From Azolla caroliniana (taxonomy: Eukaryota; Plantae; Polypodiophyta), in assembly GCA_043228905.1 (NCBI GenBank), contig JBHGNT010000004.1:25234001-25298000 (forward strand): a stretch of 64,000 nucleotides of DNA, in the 5' to 3' direction. This document shows positions 52,730 to 64,000 of this stretch, piece by piece. The notes under the pieces were generated by a model. It had not been told where the DNA came from and ran no database searches. It saw only the letters and a program-made list of their open reading frames with translations. Each line of letters starts with the position of its first letter. Positions within the stretch are counted from its first letter, which is position 1. Made by a program: the position numbers and the translations under genes.

Positions 52730-53250
52730 CATTTATGATGTTACAGAAAATACTTGTGAAGGATGGATAACAATCAACAAAAAATTGTATAAACAATTAG
52801 CAAGGATCTTAGTAAAGATACTCCCCATATAAATCAGGAAAATGTGCGGATTGACAAACTTCAATTGCTCACTAAAGACTTGATAAAGTTCACTCATGAG
52901 TCCACCCACCCTCAATTGTTTCCCCTTGAAAGAGTGAAAGCACAAGTTCCAACTCATTTTCTCATTATCAACCTCCAAAATTAGAGAAACTTGTCGAGAA
53001 ATCTTCCCTTAAAGGGTGTACACAAGTGGGCATCTCATCTTTAATATCACATATTTATACCCAAGAAGGAAGCATAGTAGTGATCCACACATTGAGTTGT
53101 TTAAAAATGTAGGTGCATGTATATTGTCCCTCAACCTTATATTAACATTTTGTTGAGCATGACCCATCACACATTGTCCATGAAAGAACGTGTGACTGTC
53201 AATTATGATCATCCAACTCATGCTTCAAACTAAGGGTAAGAGGTTGATGT
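52730..53250 (-). mobile_element. Possible highly decayed LINE endonuclease remnant
   Basis: The fragments NIHAPT and LRVGGL resemble APE-endonuclease motifs N(V/I)YAP and W.VGGDFN. Weak evidence. Confidence 0.25.
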
Positions 53251-54182
53251 TTACGATGAACCCTATATCTCTAATAACTTAACATCTAGAACTTCAAAGG
53301 TTACAAGCTATCTTGTTGTAGTTCTTGTAAAAGGTATACCTTCGAAAAATTGCAGTAGTTCTATCCCAATCGATGAAAAAGCTAGCACCTCCATTCATGG
53401 TGCTTGAAGAAAGAGCACATTAATATGTAAACGAATGTGAGTCACAAGGGGTACAAGAGTGGTGCCATAGGAATTGATGGTAGATGTATAGTTTCAGAAA
53501 CTACGAGGAAAGATAAAATATCTCTCTCATATCTACATCACCTCTAGCTTTAGTCTCTCATATATTTATAACACATCTCTCTTTAGCCTTATAGGGTCCT
53601 TGTTTGTATAACCATTCTAGGTATGTCCAAAAGTGAATGTAGATAGGTGGCGTAATTATTTTTCTTCAAGTAAAATATATGTTTAAATATTTATCCAACC
53701 ATTTCAAACACTTCCAATATCATTTGGAGGTGCTTTGTCAAGAACCTTGAAGCTTCTCAAACAATAGTCTTTTTCTTATTTATCTATTTGTTGCAAAAAT
53801 ATCTTCTTTTTCTTCTTTGGGTTGGGGTTCACTTTTGTAAATTCCCCAAACAATAGAATCTTTTTATTATTGATTTATTTTGTGTCTTGGTTGAATAGTC
53901 ATGTAATGTTTATAATTGTGTTATGTTGGGCATGACTCAAGGATGTGTTTCTGAGCATAAAAAATTGAATCTTCATCCTAAACTCTTGTTAATTGATTTG
54001 TTCATTCTTTCTTCATGTATTGCCAATTTGTTACTCTCTCAAATTACTCATACCCCTTCGTGATCTTCAATAAATGTATCATGTATAGTGTAATATCAAA
54101 ATATAGCCCTTTCCTGTGCTTTATAAATAGTATTGAACTTTGGTTTAATTTGATGCTATGCGAAGAACCTTAAACTAGGGTT

Positions 54183-55592
54183 GACGTACCACAATGTTCT
54201 CGAGGCAAATTGGACAAATTGGAACATCTTAATGTTTAGACTCTAGAGAATTGTTGAACTTGTCTCAGGAATAGAAAAGAATGATTTATTTCTAGCAAGA
54301 AAATTGGCTAACAACCTCATAAGTGGAATCATCCCTGAAAATTTCAATTTATCCACAATACCAATAACACAAAAAACATAATAATCATAATAAACCTCGG
54401 TTAACTTGGACATATGCCATAGGGTTCAATTGTGCACAAATGTTGATTGATCAAGAATAATAAGTAATGTATAACATCTATATAGTGAGTTTTTCAATAA
54501 TATGTAGAGCTTCCCCTAACCATTCAACAAAACAACAATGCATGAAAAGCTACTATATTTATTTGCATATGCATAATGTGAGCTCTGAGTTGCTATAGAT
54601 AGCCTTGGATTCATAAGTGGCCATAGTTACTCACAATAAAAACAAATATCATAATCAATTAATTATTCTCATTTTTGCATTCTCTATTGTCTAGATATTC
54701 TCTCTCCAAGACTATTCCATGTTTATTGTGCTCTCTTACATGTGTGTTTAGAGATGCTATGTCTCTAGCTTCTCTCTCTACACTCTATTGTGTAAAGTGT
54801 GTTCTCATGTGTTGACCATGACCCCTTCCACCATCAGTAAGTTACAAAAACATTTTATGACAACATCGTACTCTTGATTTGTGTGTTGTTAGTATCTTGC
54901 AACCACCTCGTATTGTTGTTGCCTTACACTAGAATAGTGGCTCATCCCCTCAAACACACACTTTGCTATAATGATTTGCATAGGACTTTGACTTAATTTT
55001 GTTGCATAACATTGGCCAACGACAATGCTGATGTTGACATATTACAAGAGGTTTTATGTATTATGGTATTGTTTTAGTACATCCATTACGGCAAGAGGAG
55101 AGGAGATTCAAAGGCTAGAATCTAAAGGTCTCCAAACTTGTGATGATCTAAGGAATGGCAACAATGCCACAATATGTGAAAGTGAAAGACCATATGAGCT
55201 TCAAGCTAGCTATATGTCATGAAATCGAGATGTGGAACTTTTTACAACTAGAATTCAAGCATGTCAATGAAGATATGTCATCCTTTGTTCTTGAAAACCT
55301 TTGCTATATGTGCAAGTACAACTTTAAACTCCATCCTCTACAAGCACAAGGGTCGATGGTAGATCTATATTGGATTTAGGGTACAAGTTAGTTCATTCAC
55401 CAATTGAAATTAAAGTATGCCCCCAAAACTATTACTAGTTGAATGGATCATTTCATTCAATGTTATATGGACCAAGCAAAAGGCAACCAAGGTTGGAAAA
55501 TTTTCTATATGAAACAAAGGTAGATAGACACTCTTCTTCGTTGGTTCCTCAATTGCTCAACAATGGAAAGTCTTCAAGAATTCTATCTAGGG
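54183..55592 (+). pseudogene. Possible relic of a plant LRR-containing gene
   Basis: Short plant-type LRR fragments separated by stops: VPQCSRGKLDKLEHLNV* (54186-54239), KLANNLISGIIPENF (54301-54345) and LNCSTMESLQEFYLG (55548-55592). Confidence 0.35.
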
Positions 55593-56728
55593 TATGCGCA
55601 TTATAAACAAAATAAATTTCACTCAAAGAAATTCTCCTAAGGGAAGTTAATGATATCCCTCGTCACATTTGGCTTCGATTGAAGTATTTAAGGGTAGTAC
55701 TGATCAACAAAAAAAATTAAGCATCGAAGATGTACTAAAACAAAAAAGAAGAAAGTGGAGAATCTCATAGGCCAAATAATGAAGTTGAGATAAAGCTTAG
55801 TGTGGAAAGAGCCCACAAGAAACCACCTGGGCAAGATATATTTGCTATTAAGGAAAGTGTTGCCCACAAACACGCAATAGTGGTTGCTAATTTTTGAAGG
55901 TGTTGCCATCAATCCCACCTAGTCCACTAAGAGGTATTTTTTCCTTGGTAAAAAAATGTGTTTAGGTATGGTACTTTGCCGATCTTGGAACCAAAGCCTA
56001 TAAGTCACTATCTAATATAATTGTTGTTTATGCCCCAATAAAGTGATGATATGTATAACTCATTTTTCTACTATATTCTTTCTAATCGTGCTACAAAGAA
56101 AAAAACATTGCGCAAACAACTAATATCCATCTTTCTTGTGTATTTGTCTTGAGCCTTGCGAGGTTGTGTAGTTATATCAATATGATAAATACAAATGGAC
56201 TAGGAAAATAATGTCATGTTGGTATGTTGCTTAAAAGGAACTTGGAAGTATGGTTTATGGGATTCAAGGATCACTAGAGAGAGAGAGAGAGAGAGAGAGA
56301 GAAGGAATGGTTTTATTTCACTCCTCACTTTCCATTCTACCACTACAATTGCTAGTCATTTGACCCTAGTTTATAGCCAGGTTGGCAACCTAATAACTTA
56401 TTGAACTTGATTATTGGATCAAATGACAATAGTAAGCCCTTAAAATATCTTATAAGATCAACAGTTGGCAATTAGAATCTCCCTTTTCGGAATTTGTCAA
56501 CATGCTAAGATTTAATCATAAAAAATTTAAGGACATAACACATAAATAGTTGCGTGATGCCAAGTCACAATTAAGACTTTAACTCCGCATTCACACAATG
56601 ACATGTTAATTTTGCAAATAATTTCAACATCACAATTTTGTGGTTATGTCGGAGGCATTGAACCATCATCTCATTTTTGCAAACATTTCATTTCTTCTTT
56701 TTCCAAAAAATGATACTATATTAGTATT

Positions 56729-57271
56729 TTTTTTTTTTCCAAAATGAAGCTACTTTCCCATTAGTTAGGTAAGATTATTACAAAGAGACTGTACAAGGAG
56801 GCTTAAGCATAGAACAGGGAATCCCCCTCCGCTCAAGTCCTAGAAATCGAGACTAGTTACAACGCCTTTCGGACAAACTACTTAGTGTAAGTACCAACAG
56901 CTAAAACAATGCCCTGTACTGATGACTAGTACGAGACAACTCTTGGGGCCGACAACAGAGGGAGGGTGGTAAGTGAGCCGGAAACAGCCAACGTGGGGGT
57001 TGGTAGTTCCACCTCGGGCCACTTCCTCCTAGTGTCACCATAGGCGTGTTCCGCCATTTCTGCCAAAAACGCAAACGGGCAGTATCCACGTCAGAGGAGT
57101 GGCTGCAAACCTCGTCCAATTGCCCTCGTAGGCAGCTAATAACCACAAACCATATGTCCATGATCACTTCCTCTGGGGGTTGCACCAGATCCTGGAAGAC
57201 CTTTAGGCAACGCGCTTTCCATACGTACCACACGGTGAAGCCTGCGATCAACATCCAAATGTTCGGGAACC
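56729..57271 (-). mobile_element. Young 5'-truncated L1-like LINE with poly(A) tail and 17-bp target-site duplication
   Basis: ORF WYVWKARCLKVFQ...WNYQPPRW. A T-run at 56727-56738 is the tail. Flanking direct repeats: GATACTATATTAGTATT (56712-56728) and GATACTACATTAGTATT (57272-57288). Confidence 0.88.
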
Positions 57272-57299
57272 GATACTACATTAGTATTAAGAAACTCCT

Positions 57300-58250
57300 T
57301 AAGGATATACATACAAGATGTACCTTTCAATAATAAACCCCTTTTTCTAAATTCTAACCGTTGGCTTAAATAAATGTTTCGGTGTAGAGTAGAACTACTC
57401 CACCTTATCAGAAATCCGTCTATAAAATATGTCTCTATCCCAGGTGGCATGAAACTCCGATCGCTTGAACCGTGAGTGTTGAATATTACCTTTTATATTA
57501 TCCAAAGAACCTCTGAGATTATGCACAATCTCTATCCAAATCCTAGAAATTATTTGGGCAGGTCTTTCAATGACATTTTGAAATACCTTCAAACATCGAG
57601 CCTTCCAAATATACCAAATTGTGATACTACTTACCAATTGCCATATTTAAGGTTTATCAATTTCTATTTGTGGATTCAAAGGTATCAATGTTTTTTGCAT
57701 CAAACCATGTCTCATAGCAATAGCATTTGCAACCTCCTCTTGATGGTCCATAATACCGCTCCCCATGTATACACGATTTGAGGATGTACTAGTATTAATG
57801 GTGTTATTATTCGTTTCCATATTTCCATCGCAAAACCATGCTCCACAAACAATGCTTAACAGTCTCTGCTAGATCCATAAAGAAAGGGCACATATTGTCT
57901 ACATTCCCTTTTCATCAACCATCAACTGGTATAGCTCTATGAACCAACAATCAATGGAAACAAACAATTTTTCTACTCATTGTTATGCCCCACAACAATT
58001 TTTGAAATTGTTTGAGATGTTATCGAAAAATTCCATTTTGTCTCTAGAAAACATTTCCCTTTACTTCATGGATAATTCATTGTAATGACAAGTCTCAATG
58101 AATTCGTATCCCTTGAGCAAAATGGCCTATTGAAAGATGTATGTAATGATGTCTCTACATTGGAAATTTCAAATGAGCATGAAATTAGAGATGAATGCTT
58201 TATCAACAGATGACATAACCCACATGTTTACTCTGGAAATTAGAGGTGAA
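57300..58250 (-). mobile_element. Older L1-like LINE 3' region (zf-RVT)
   Basis: Minus strand: LWGITMSRKIVCFH*LLVHRAIPV...MCPFFMDLAETVKHCLWS and ITIWYIWKARCLKVFQ, with stops and frameshifts. Boundaries are approximate. Confidence 0.75.
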
Positions 58251-61174
58251 TGTTCATTACGCATATATACATATTGCACATTGATGTCGGTCACTTCCAC
58301 AAGCATAAGCTAATATGAATGACTTGGGCATAATGCGAGCTTGGTGTGCTTCCACACTATGCCTAACCAGTTGTCTAAAATCTATGTGAATAGGCTTACA
58401 AAAACTTACTAGAATTTTTTTATTTAATATAGACAAATGAATGAATGACAAAAAAAGGAGATAGAACTAATTGTGCATATGGAGCACTATAGGACTATTT
58501 TTATCATCTCATTTAACGTGCTTTACGTTTGAAAGGCCATCAATATCTTATTACAAATTTGGTAGAAAGTAACAAGACGACAAATTATGTAAGAACAATA
58601 GGGTCCTGATATCTATATATAAAATCAAGGTTACAATATAAAATTTATCCTATACTCGTATATAAAATATATCATAATTGAAGAAGAACAACACCACCAC
58701 TAAATTCTTGTGATCTTAGAAACCTTGACCTATTTTCATATCCATATTATACTTTCTAAGGGTGGATTCACACTCATTTGGGTGCTCTAAGTCTTTTGCA
58801 AAGTGCCCTTCCACTTTCTCGCCTAAAACTCTTTTATGTCTCCAATGCATTTATTCCGCTTCTTTAACACCTTATCTTTCATCTTTCGAATCCTTTTTAT
58901 CTCCGTACCACCATTTCGAAATTAATAATATTATGTAATGTAGTCTATGTAAATTACTTTTATAATGTAGCTTAAAATGGTCACACACTAACTTAATCCC
59001 CATAATTCTTGTAAAACGTAATCGCTCAAGCCTATGTACCATAGGCTATAAATAATCAAGACTACTATAACGAGGTGACAAACAAAGCTTTACATGCTTG
59101 CTCACAGGATTGGTAGAGATTAGAGAAAGAGAGGGAAATTAATAAATGATACAGAGAGAGCGGGAACAAATCATTGTAGAAAAAGGGGGGACAATGAGAT
59201 ATAAAAAGAAGGTTAAATCAACAAATGATTGGATCTATGACAGAACAACATAAACAAGATAGAAATCCCCAAGATTTCATTGAGAAAAATAATCACACCG
59301 TGCATTGGGTAGACTTAAAAAGACTATATACAATTTAAATAGTTTCTCGTCTTTTACTTTAGACCTTAGGATCTCACAAAACAAAACTTCGGTCCATCTA
59401 ATGTTAAAGTATTCATCCACAAAATGATTGATTGGATGAAGATTCTTTGTCCATTTTATATCATGCTATAAGGGCTCTACAACTTTCCGGTTTAGGGTTA
59501 TATTTAATCTCTTCCATTTGGACCATAATAGCGATTGTGATTGAACAACTATAAGTAGTACAACAAAAGGTTGGAAGGCAGTCCATTCAAAGATAGTTTT
59601 CAACTTGAACATATCATTGCCTTCATGTAGCTTCACATGGAATAATACACTCGTGTAAAGAATTATACAATCTGTAAAACGGATATGGATGGTGATTTTG
59701 AAATCAAGTCTCTATTTGCATTGGAAAACAATTGTAAGTTCATCGAGCAAACCTTTATCCACATGAAAATGATGAAATATATTTATTGTCTAGATCATAT
59801 CCATGTAGCAAATAGAAACTTTCACTCTTCAAATTTATTCCTATGGTGTGAGATATCTTATAAATATGGACACGACAAGACATGTGACAAGGGAAAGGTA
59901 GGGAAATAGAAGATGATGCAATGTGATTTGGTGGATTGGTTCTTTGAGCAATAACTTTTAAATGCTTATTCTAGGAGAATTTCCCTCTTTACGTTCTTGT
60001 TTCACATCTATGTTTTTATGCAGAAAGTCGAATGTTGAGCTCCTCATTGATTGGGAGAAAAATAAATAACAATGATTCAAGGTTTTTTCTAGAGAAAGAG
60101 AAGAAATGACTAAGAATTTGTGTATCCATACATCTTAGGGTGTGGTTGTGTTATGTTGAAAGTTGAAACTATGTTGATACATCTAAACTACAAACATATA
60201 TAATAGGATTTATACTTAGATATCAATTTCATTTCTTCATTGTTTGCACATGCTAAACCTAGGATTGCATGATCTTTAAAGTTCTTCAACGATAAGTTAT
60301 TCATGAACCTTCATTACCACTTAATACAAAATTTGATCCCACCACTTATGATAGCGGGAAACATTGAAAACACTTTGTTAGTTGATCTTGAAACTTCAAA
60401 ACAAGTTTATGAACAGACATTGGTTATAAAAGAACTAAGAGATCATAACACCCAATAAGAAGACTACTGATAAAGTTGCTCTTAAAATGGCCGCAAGAAA
60501 CTTGACGAATTCAATGTTGATTGTGTTTTCATTGTCCAATAATTTTACACCTATGCTTATTACAAAAGACATGTATCTAGGGAGCATTCAACTATTTTGT
60601 CTCTTAGGTGTAAAATATTTGAAACACTTCATTGAGCATCATTAACCATACATATGTATACACCGCATTATGTATCCCTTTAACTTCTTTTCCATCAAAA
60701 TCCGTGACCAGAAACATTTCGTTTCCACATTATGTTTCTAGAAATTGTTGCCATTTTGTAACGCCAATATACATAAATAGACCCAACATTTCGAGAAAGA
60801 ATGCAACACATTGTTATGTGCAATAGTCTTTTGAATTATTAGAACATATAATTGTTGAAAAAGGACCTATTGTAAACCAAGTTCATTGATTCATAAAGCA
60901 TCATTTGTATAAATTGTTGCGTTACAAGGTTGTTAAGTTTTCCTTGTCACATTCTACTAGAAGTAGTCTTACACTAGGCTTTATCATCTTTCTTATGGTC
61001 ATATGATATCTATATCTATTCTCCCTTCATATTTCCTTTTTATAAGTTAGTGAGAGCGTGACCCTTCTGTCATTCTTAATTGAGCTTTTTATAAGTCATA
61101 ACTATGGATGTGGCTTCTCAATTTCAATAATTGAGCTTTTGATGACACTTTTTCACATTTTCCTTCTCTGTCTC

Positions 61175-61222
61175 TGGCGAAAACACATAATTATATTGAT
61201 AAATGTATGTGAAAAAGACACA
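61175..61222 (-). mobile_element. Family B LINE 3' stub (~45 bp)
   Basis: GAAAACACATAATTATATTGATAAATGTATGTGAAAAAGACAC matches 61627-61670. Flanked by TCTCTGTCTC and (CA)n(TC)n. Confidence 0.6.
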
Positions 61223-61226
61223 CACA

Positions 61227-61261
<35 letters not shown>

Positions 61262-61265
<4 letters not shown>

Positions 61266-61450
61266 CGTAAGTACCTTACCCTAGTGGTAACTTGGTAAGT
61301 TGTTACACTACAAGCACTAGTTCGAAACCCAATTAAGTATCTCACATCTCTATTACATACTTCATACATATCTCTTTTAATTCACTAGATGCCACTGTGA
61401 AATGTTGAACCCATGACCTCCTTGTCTCCATCGGGCAACCTTGTCAACTG

Positions 61451-61454
<4 letters not shown>
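61262..61454 (-). mobile_element. tRNA-derived SINE (family C) copy 1, between (TC)n tracts
   Basis: Minus strand: AGCTCAGTTGACAAGG..GAGGTCATGGGTTCAA (A/B-box-like). The 3' part GCTTGTAGTGTAACAACTTACCAA..TAGGGTAA..TTACGA is shared with copy 2 and followed by (GA)n. Confidence 0.7.
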
Positions 61455-61486
<32 letters not shown>

Positions 61487-61490
<4 letters not shown>

Positions 61491-61610
61491 ATTAGTTTAC
61501 CCTATTGGTAAGTTGTTACACTACAAGCCATTATGGAATGTAGGGGTTAAACCCATGACCTCTTGGTCTCCATTGGGCAACCTTACCAATTGAGCTACAT
61601 CCATCTGGGC
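61487..61610 (-). mobile_element. tRNA-derived SINE (family C) copy 2, between (TC)n tracts
   Basis: Minus strand: GGATGTAGCTCAATTGGTAAGG (A box)...GAGGTCATGGGTTTAACCCC (B box), then the shared 3' body and (GA)n. Confidence 0.72.
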
Positions 61611-61622
61611 TCTCTCTCTCTC

Positions 61623-62525
61623 TAGTGAAAACACACAATTATATTATTAATAAATGTGTGTAAAAAACACTACTCACAATGGGTGTGACAATGGAGTATG
61701 GTCACCCACTAACTACACTACATGGGTAATGGAACATGTTGAATTGCCAATAGGCAAGACGAACACTCTATTGAGGAAAGAATTTCCACTTGCTCCAATA
61801 AAGAAAATTGCCACAGTAGTACGCCCTTCAGCTTTTGTAGATATGCTTTCACTCCATGTCTACCATTGAATACAAAAGCGTTGCACACGTTCCAATTATG
61901 ACGCAATCTCCAATATCTCAGAAATAGAAAAACGATCTCCATCTCTGATTATGGGTCAACTTGTGTAAATTGTGCAAACACCCAATGTCTAGGTGCCAAA
62001 TAACACCGTGATAAAACTTGCCAAATTTGAGAAATGTAACTCCAAATCTAACAAGTAATCAGACATGGTATAAAACTTGCCAAATTTGAGAAATGTAACT
62101 CCAAATCTAACAAGTAATCAGACTATCTTCCATTTGAACAATGCAAAAAAAGCAATTACCCGTTTCTAGTCTACGACGCTTTAGAGCTAATCCCAAAGGC
62201 AATCCTCCAATCGAAACTCTCCAAATGAAGACCTTTGCTACAAGTGGCAATTTAGAATGCCAACTACGTTGTAAGATCTGCCACCAACATGATCAAATTT
62301 GTGTATTTTCCATTCTTCTTCAGCCTTAGATGATAGCCATCCAAGATACTCAATAGAGCAATGATACAAAAGATTAGTAACTTCACTTATAACAACGGCG
62401 TTTGACCCTGTAAACACCAATCAATCCACGATTGTTCTCCTGTTTGTAGAGGTAAGGGACCTTACATCAATGCAATATTTTGTAGTTGTTGCCAAATAAA
62501 CCCATAATTAGGCGGGATGCATAAT

Positions 62526-62528
<3 letters not shown>
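61623..62528 (-). mobile_element. Family B LINE, 5'-truncated (L1/Tx1-like zf-RVT), flanked by (TC)n on both sides
   Basis: Minus strand: WHSKLPLVAKVFIWRVSIGGLPLGLALKRRRLETGNCFFC. An internal 59-bp-period duplication lies at 62011-62123. (TC)n at 61610-61622 and ~62529-62568. Confidence 0.85.
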
Positions 62529-62577
<49 letters not shown>

Positions 62578-62930
62578 ACGACGCTTTAGAGCTAATCCCA
62601 AAGGCAATCCTCCAATCGAAACTCTCCAAATGAAGACCTTTGCTACAAGTGGCAATTTAGAATGCCAACTACGTTGTAAGATCTGCCACCAACATGATCA
62701 AATTTGTGTATTTTCCATTCTTCTTCAGCCTTAGATGATAGCCATCCAAGATACTCAATAGAGCAATGATACAAAAGATTAGTAACTTCACTTATAACAA
62801 CGGCGTTTGACCCTGTAAACACCAATCAATCCACGATTGTTCTCCTGTTTGTAGAGGTAAGGGACCTTACATCAATGCAATATTTTGTAGTTGTTGCCAA
62901 ATAAACCCATAATTAGGCGGGATGCATAAT

Positions 62931-62984
<54 letters not shown>

Positions 62985-63337
62985 ACGACGCTTTAGAGCT
63001 AATCCCAAAGGCAATCCTCCAATCGAAACTCTCCAAATGAAGACCTTTGCTACAAGTGGCAATTTAGAATGCCAACTACGTTGTAAGATCTGCCACCAAC
63101 ATGATCAAATTTGTGTATTTTCCATTCTTCTTCAGCCTTAGATGATAGCCATCCAAGATACTCAATAGAGCAATGATACAAAAGATTAGTAACTTCACTT
63201 ATAACAACGGCGTTTGACCCTGTAAACACCAATCAATCCACGATTGTTCTCCTGTTTGTAGAGGTAAGGGACCTTACATCAATGCAATATTTTGTAGTTG
63301 TTGCCAAATAAACCCATAATTAGGCGGGATGCATAAT

Positions 63338-63391
<54 letters not shown>

Positions 63392-63674
63392 ACGACGCTT
63401 TAGAGCTAATCCCAAAGGCAATCCTCCAATCGAAACTCTCCAAATGAAGACCTTTGCTACAAGTGGCAATTTAGAATGCCAACTACGTTGTAAGATCTGC
63501 CACCAACATGATCAAATTTGTGTATTTTCCATTCTTCTTCAGCCTTAGATGATAGCCATCCAAGATACTCAATAGAGCAATGATACAAAAGATTAGTAAC
63601 TTCACTTATAACAACGGCGTTTGACCCTGTAAACACCAATCAATCCACGATTGTTCTCCTGTTTGTAGAGGTAA
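62170..63674. repeat. Tandem array of a 405-407-bp unit (family B LINE fragment + (TC)~20), ~3.7 essentially identical copies
   Basis: Identical 60-aa ORFs begin at 62238, 62643, 63050 and 63457 (periods 405/407/407). The units differ visibly only in TC tract length. Confidence 0.95.
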
Positions 63675-63688
63675 TGATACCACTGCTT
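63675..63688 (-). other. Probable amplification-adapter remnant (SMART/ISPCR primer 5' end)
   Basis: TGATACCACTGCTT is the exact reverse complement of AAGCAGTGGTATCA. It interrupts the repeat unit and ends the contig. Confidence 0.85.
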
Positions 63689-63788
63689 NNNNNNNNNNNN
63701 NNNNNNNNNNNNNNNNNNNNNNNNNNNNNNNNNNNNNNNNNNNNNNNNNNNNNNNNNNNNNNNNNNNNNNNNNNNNNNNNNNNNNNNN
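63689..63788. other. Scaffold gap (100 N)
   Basis: A run of exactly 100 N, typical of a placeholder gap. Confidence 0.99.
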
Positions 63789-64000
63789 AATTTGAAGATT
63801 TCTAAGGTTTCAAGTGACTCATTATTGTATAGAATGGATTATTTATCCTTATTTTGAGTCTTCACAAGCAAAACCTTTGTTTTGAAGCTATGGACACTCA
63901 ATTTGCTATGCATGTAAAAACTTTGTTTTGGAGCAAGGCACCGGATTATTTGTGTATAACAAAAGCATAACTGCCCATTCATTCCAATTCATCAATGGCA

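Noticed and set aside
61540-61602. Functional tRNA gene
   Set aside because: The A/B boxes are present, but I cannot build an acceptor stem or clean anticodon arm, there is no oligo-T terminator, and a second diverged copy shares a non-tRNA 3' body, so it is called a SINE.
62170-63674. Regularly spaced repeats as a CRISPR-like array, or four copies of a 60-aa gene
   Set aside because: The units are identical with no unique spacers, the DNA is eukaryotic, and the ORF is an off-frame translation of a LINE fragment.

Overview
Eukaryotic land-plant nuclear DNA: AT-rich, GT-AG introns, many (GA)n/(TC)n tracts. A fern or other seed-free plant is my impression from protein style and repeat content, but this is inference only. 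Five spliced or intronless protein genes can be reconstructed by hand. They are an LRR-III-type receptor-like kinase (+, 2 exons), a plastid RbgA/YlqF-type circularly permuted GTPase (+, 9 exons), an intronless J-domain protein (-), a plastid AhpC/TSA (PRX-like1, CxxC) thioredoxin-fold protein (-, 9 exons), and CDT2/Denticleless (+, 16 exons; E2F sites upstream, C-terminal PIP-box-like motif). The stretch from ~43.3 kb to the end has no intact gene I can recognise and is mostly decayed repeats. The most striking non-genic pattern is three unrelated retroelement families whose visible ends sit in or beside GA/TC microsatellites. Family A is an RTE/RTEX-like LINE with a (TTTC)n tail, family B is an L1/Tx1-like zf-RVT LINE, and family C is a tRNA-derived SINE. 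Family A lies on the TC strand and families B and C lie on the GA strand, and they pile up in nests at 11.7-16.2 kb, 31.1-33.1 kb and 61.2-63.7 kb. Many short tandem duplications are also present. The window includes a 100-N scaffold gap immediately preceded by a 14-nt match to the SMART/ISPCR amplification primer.
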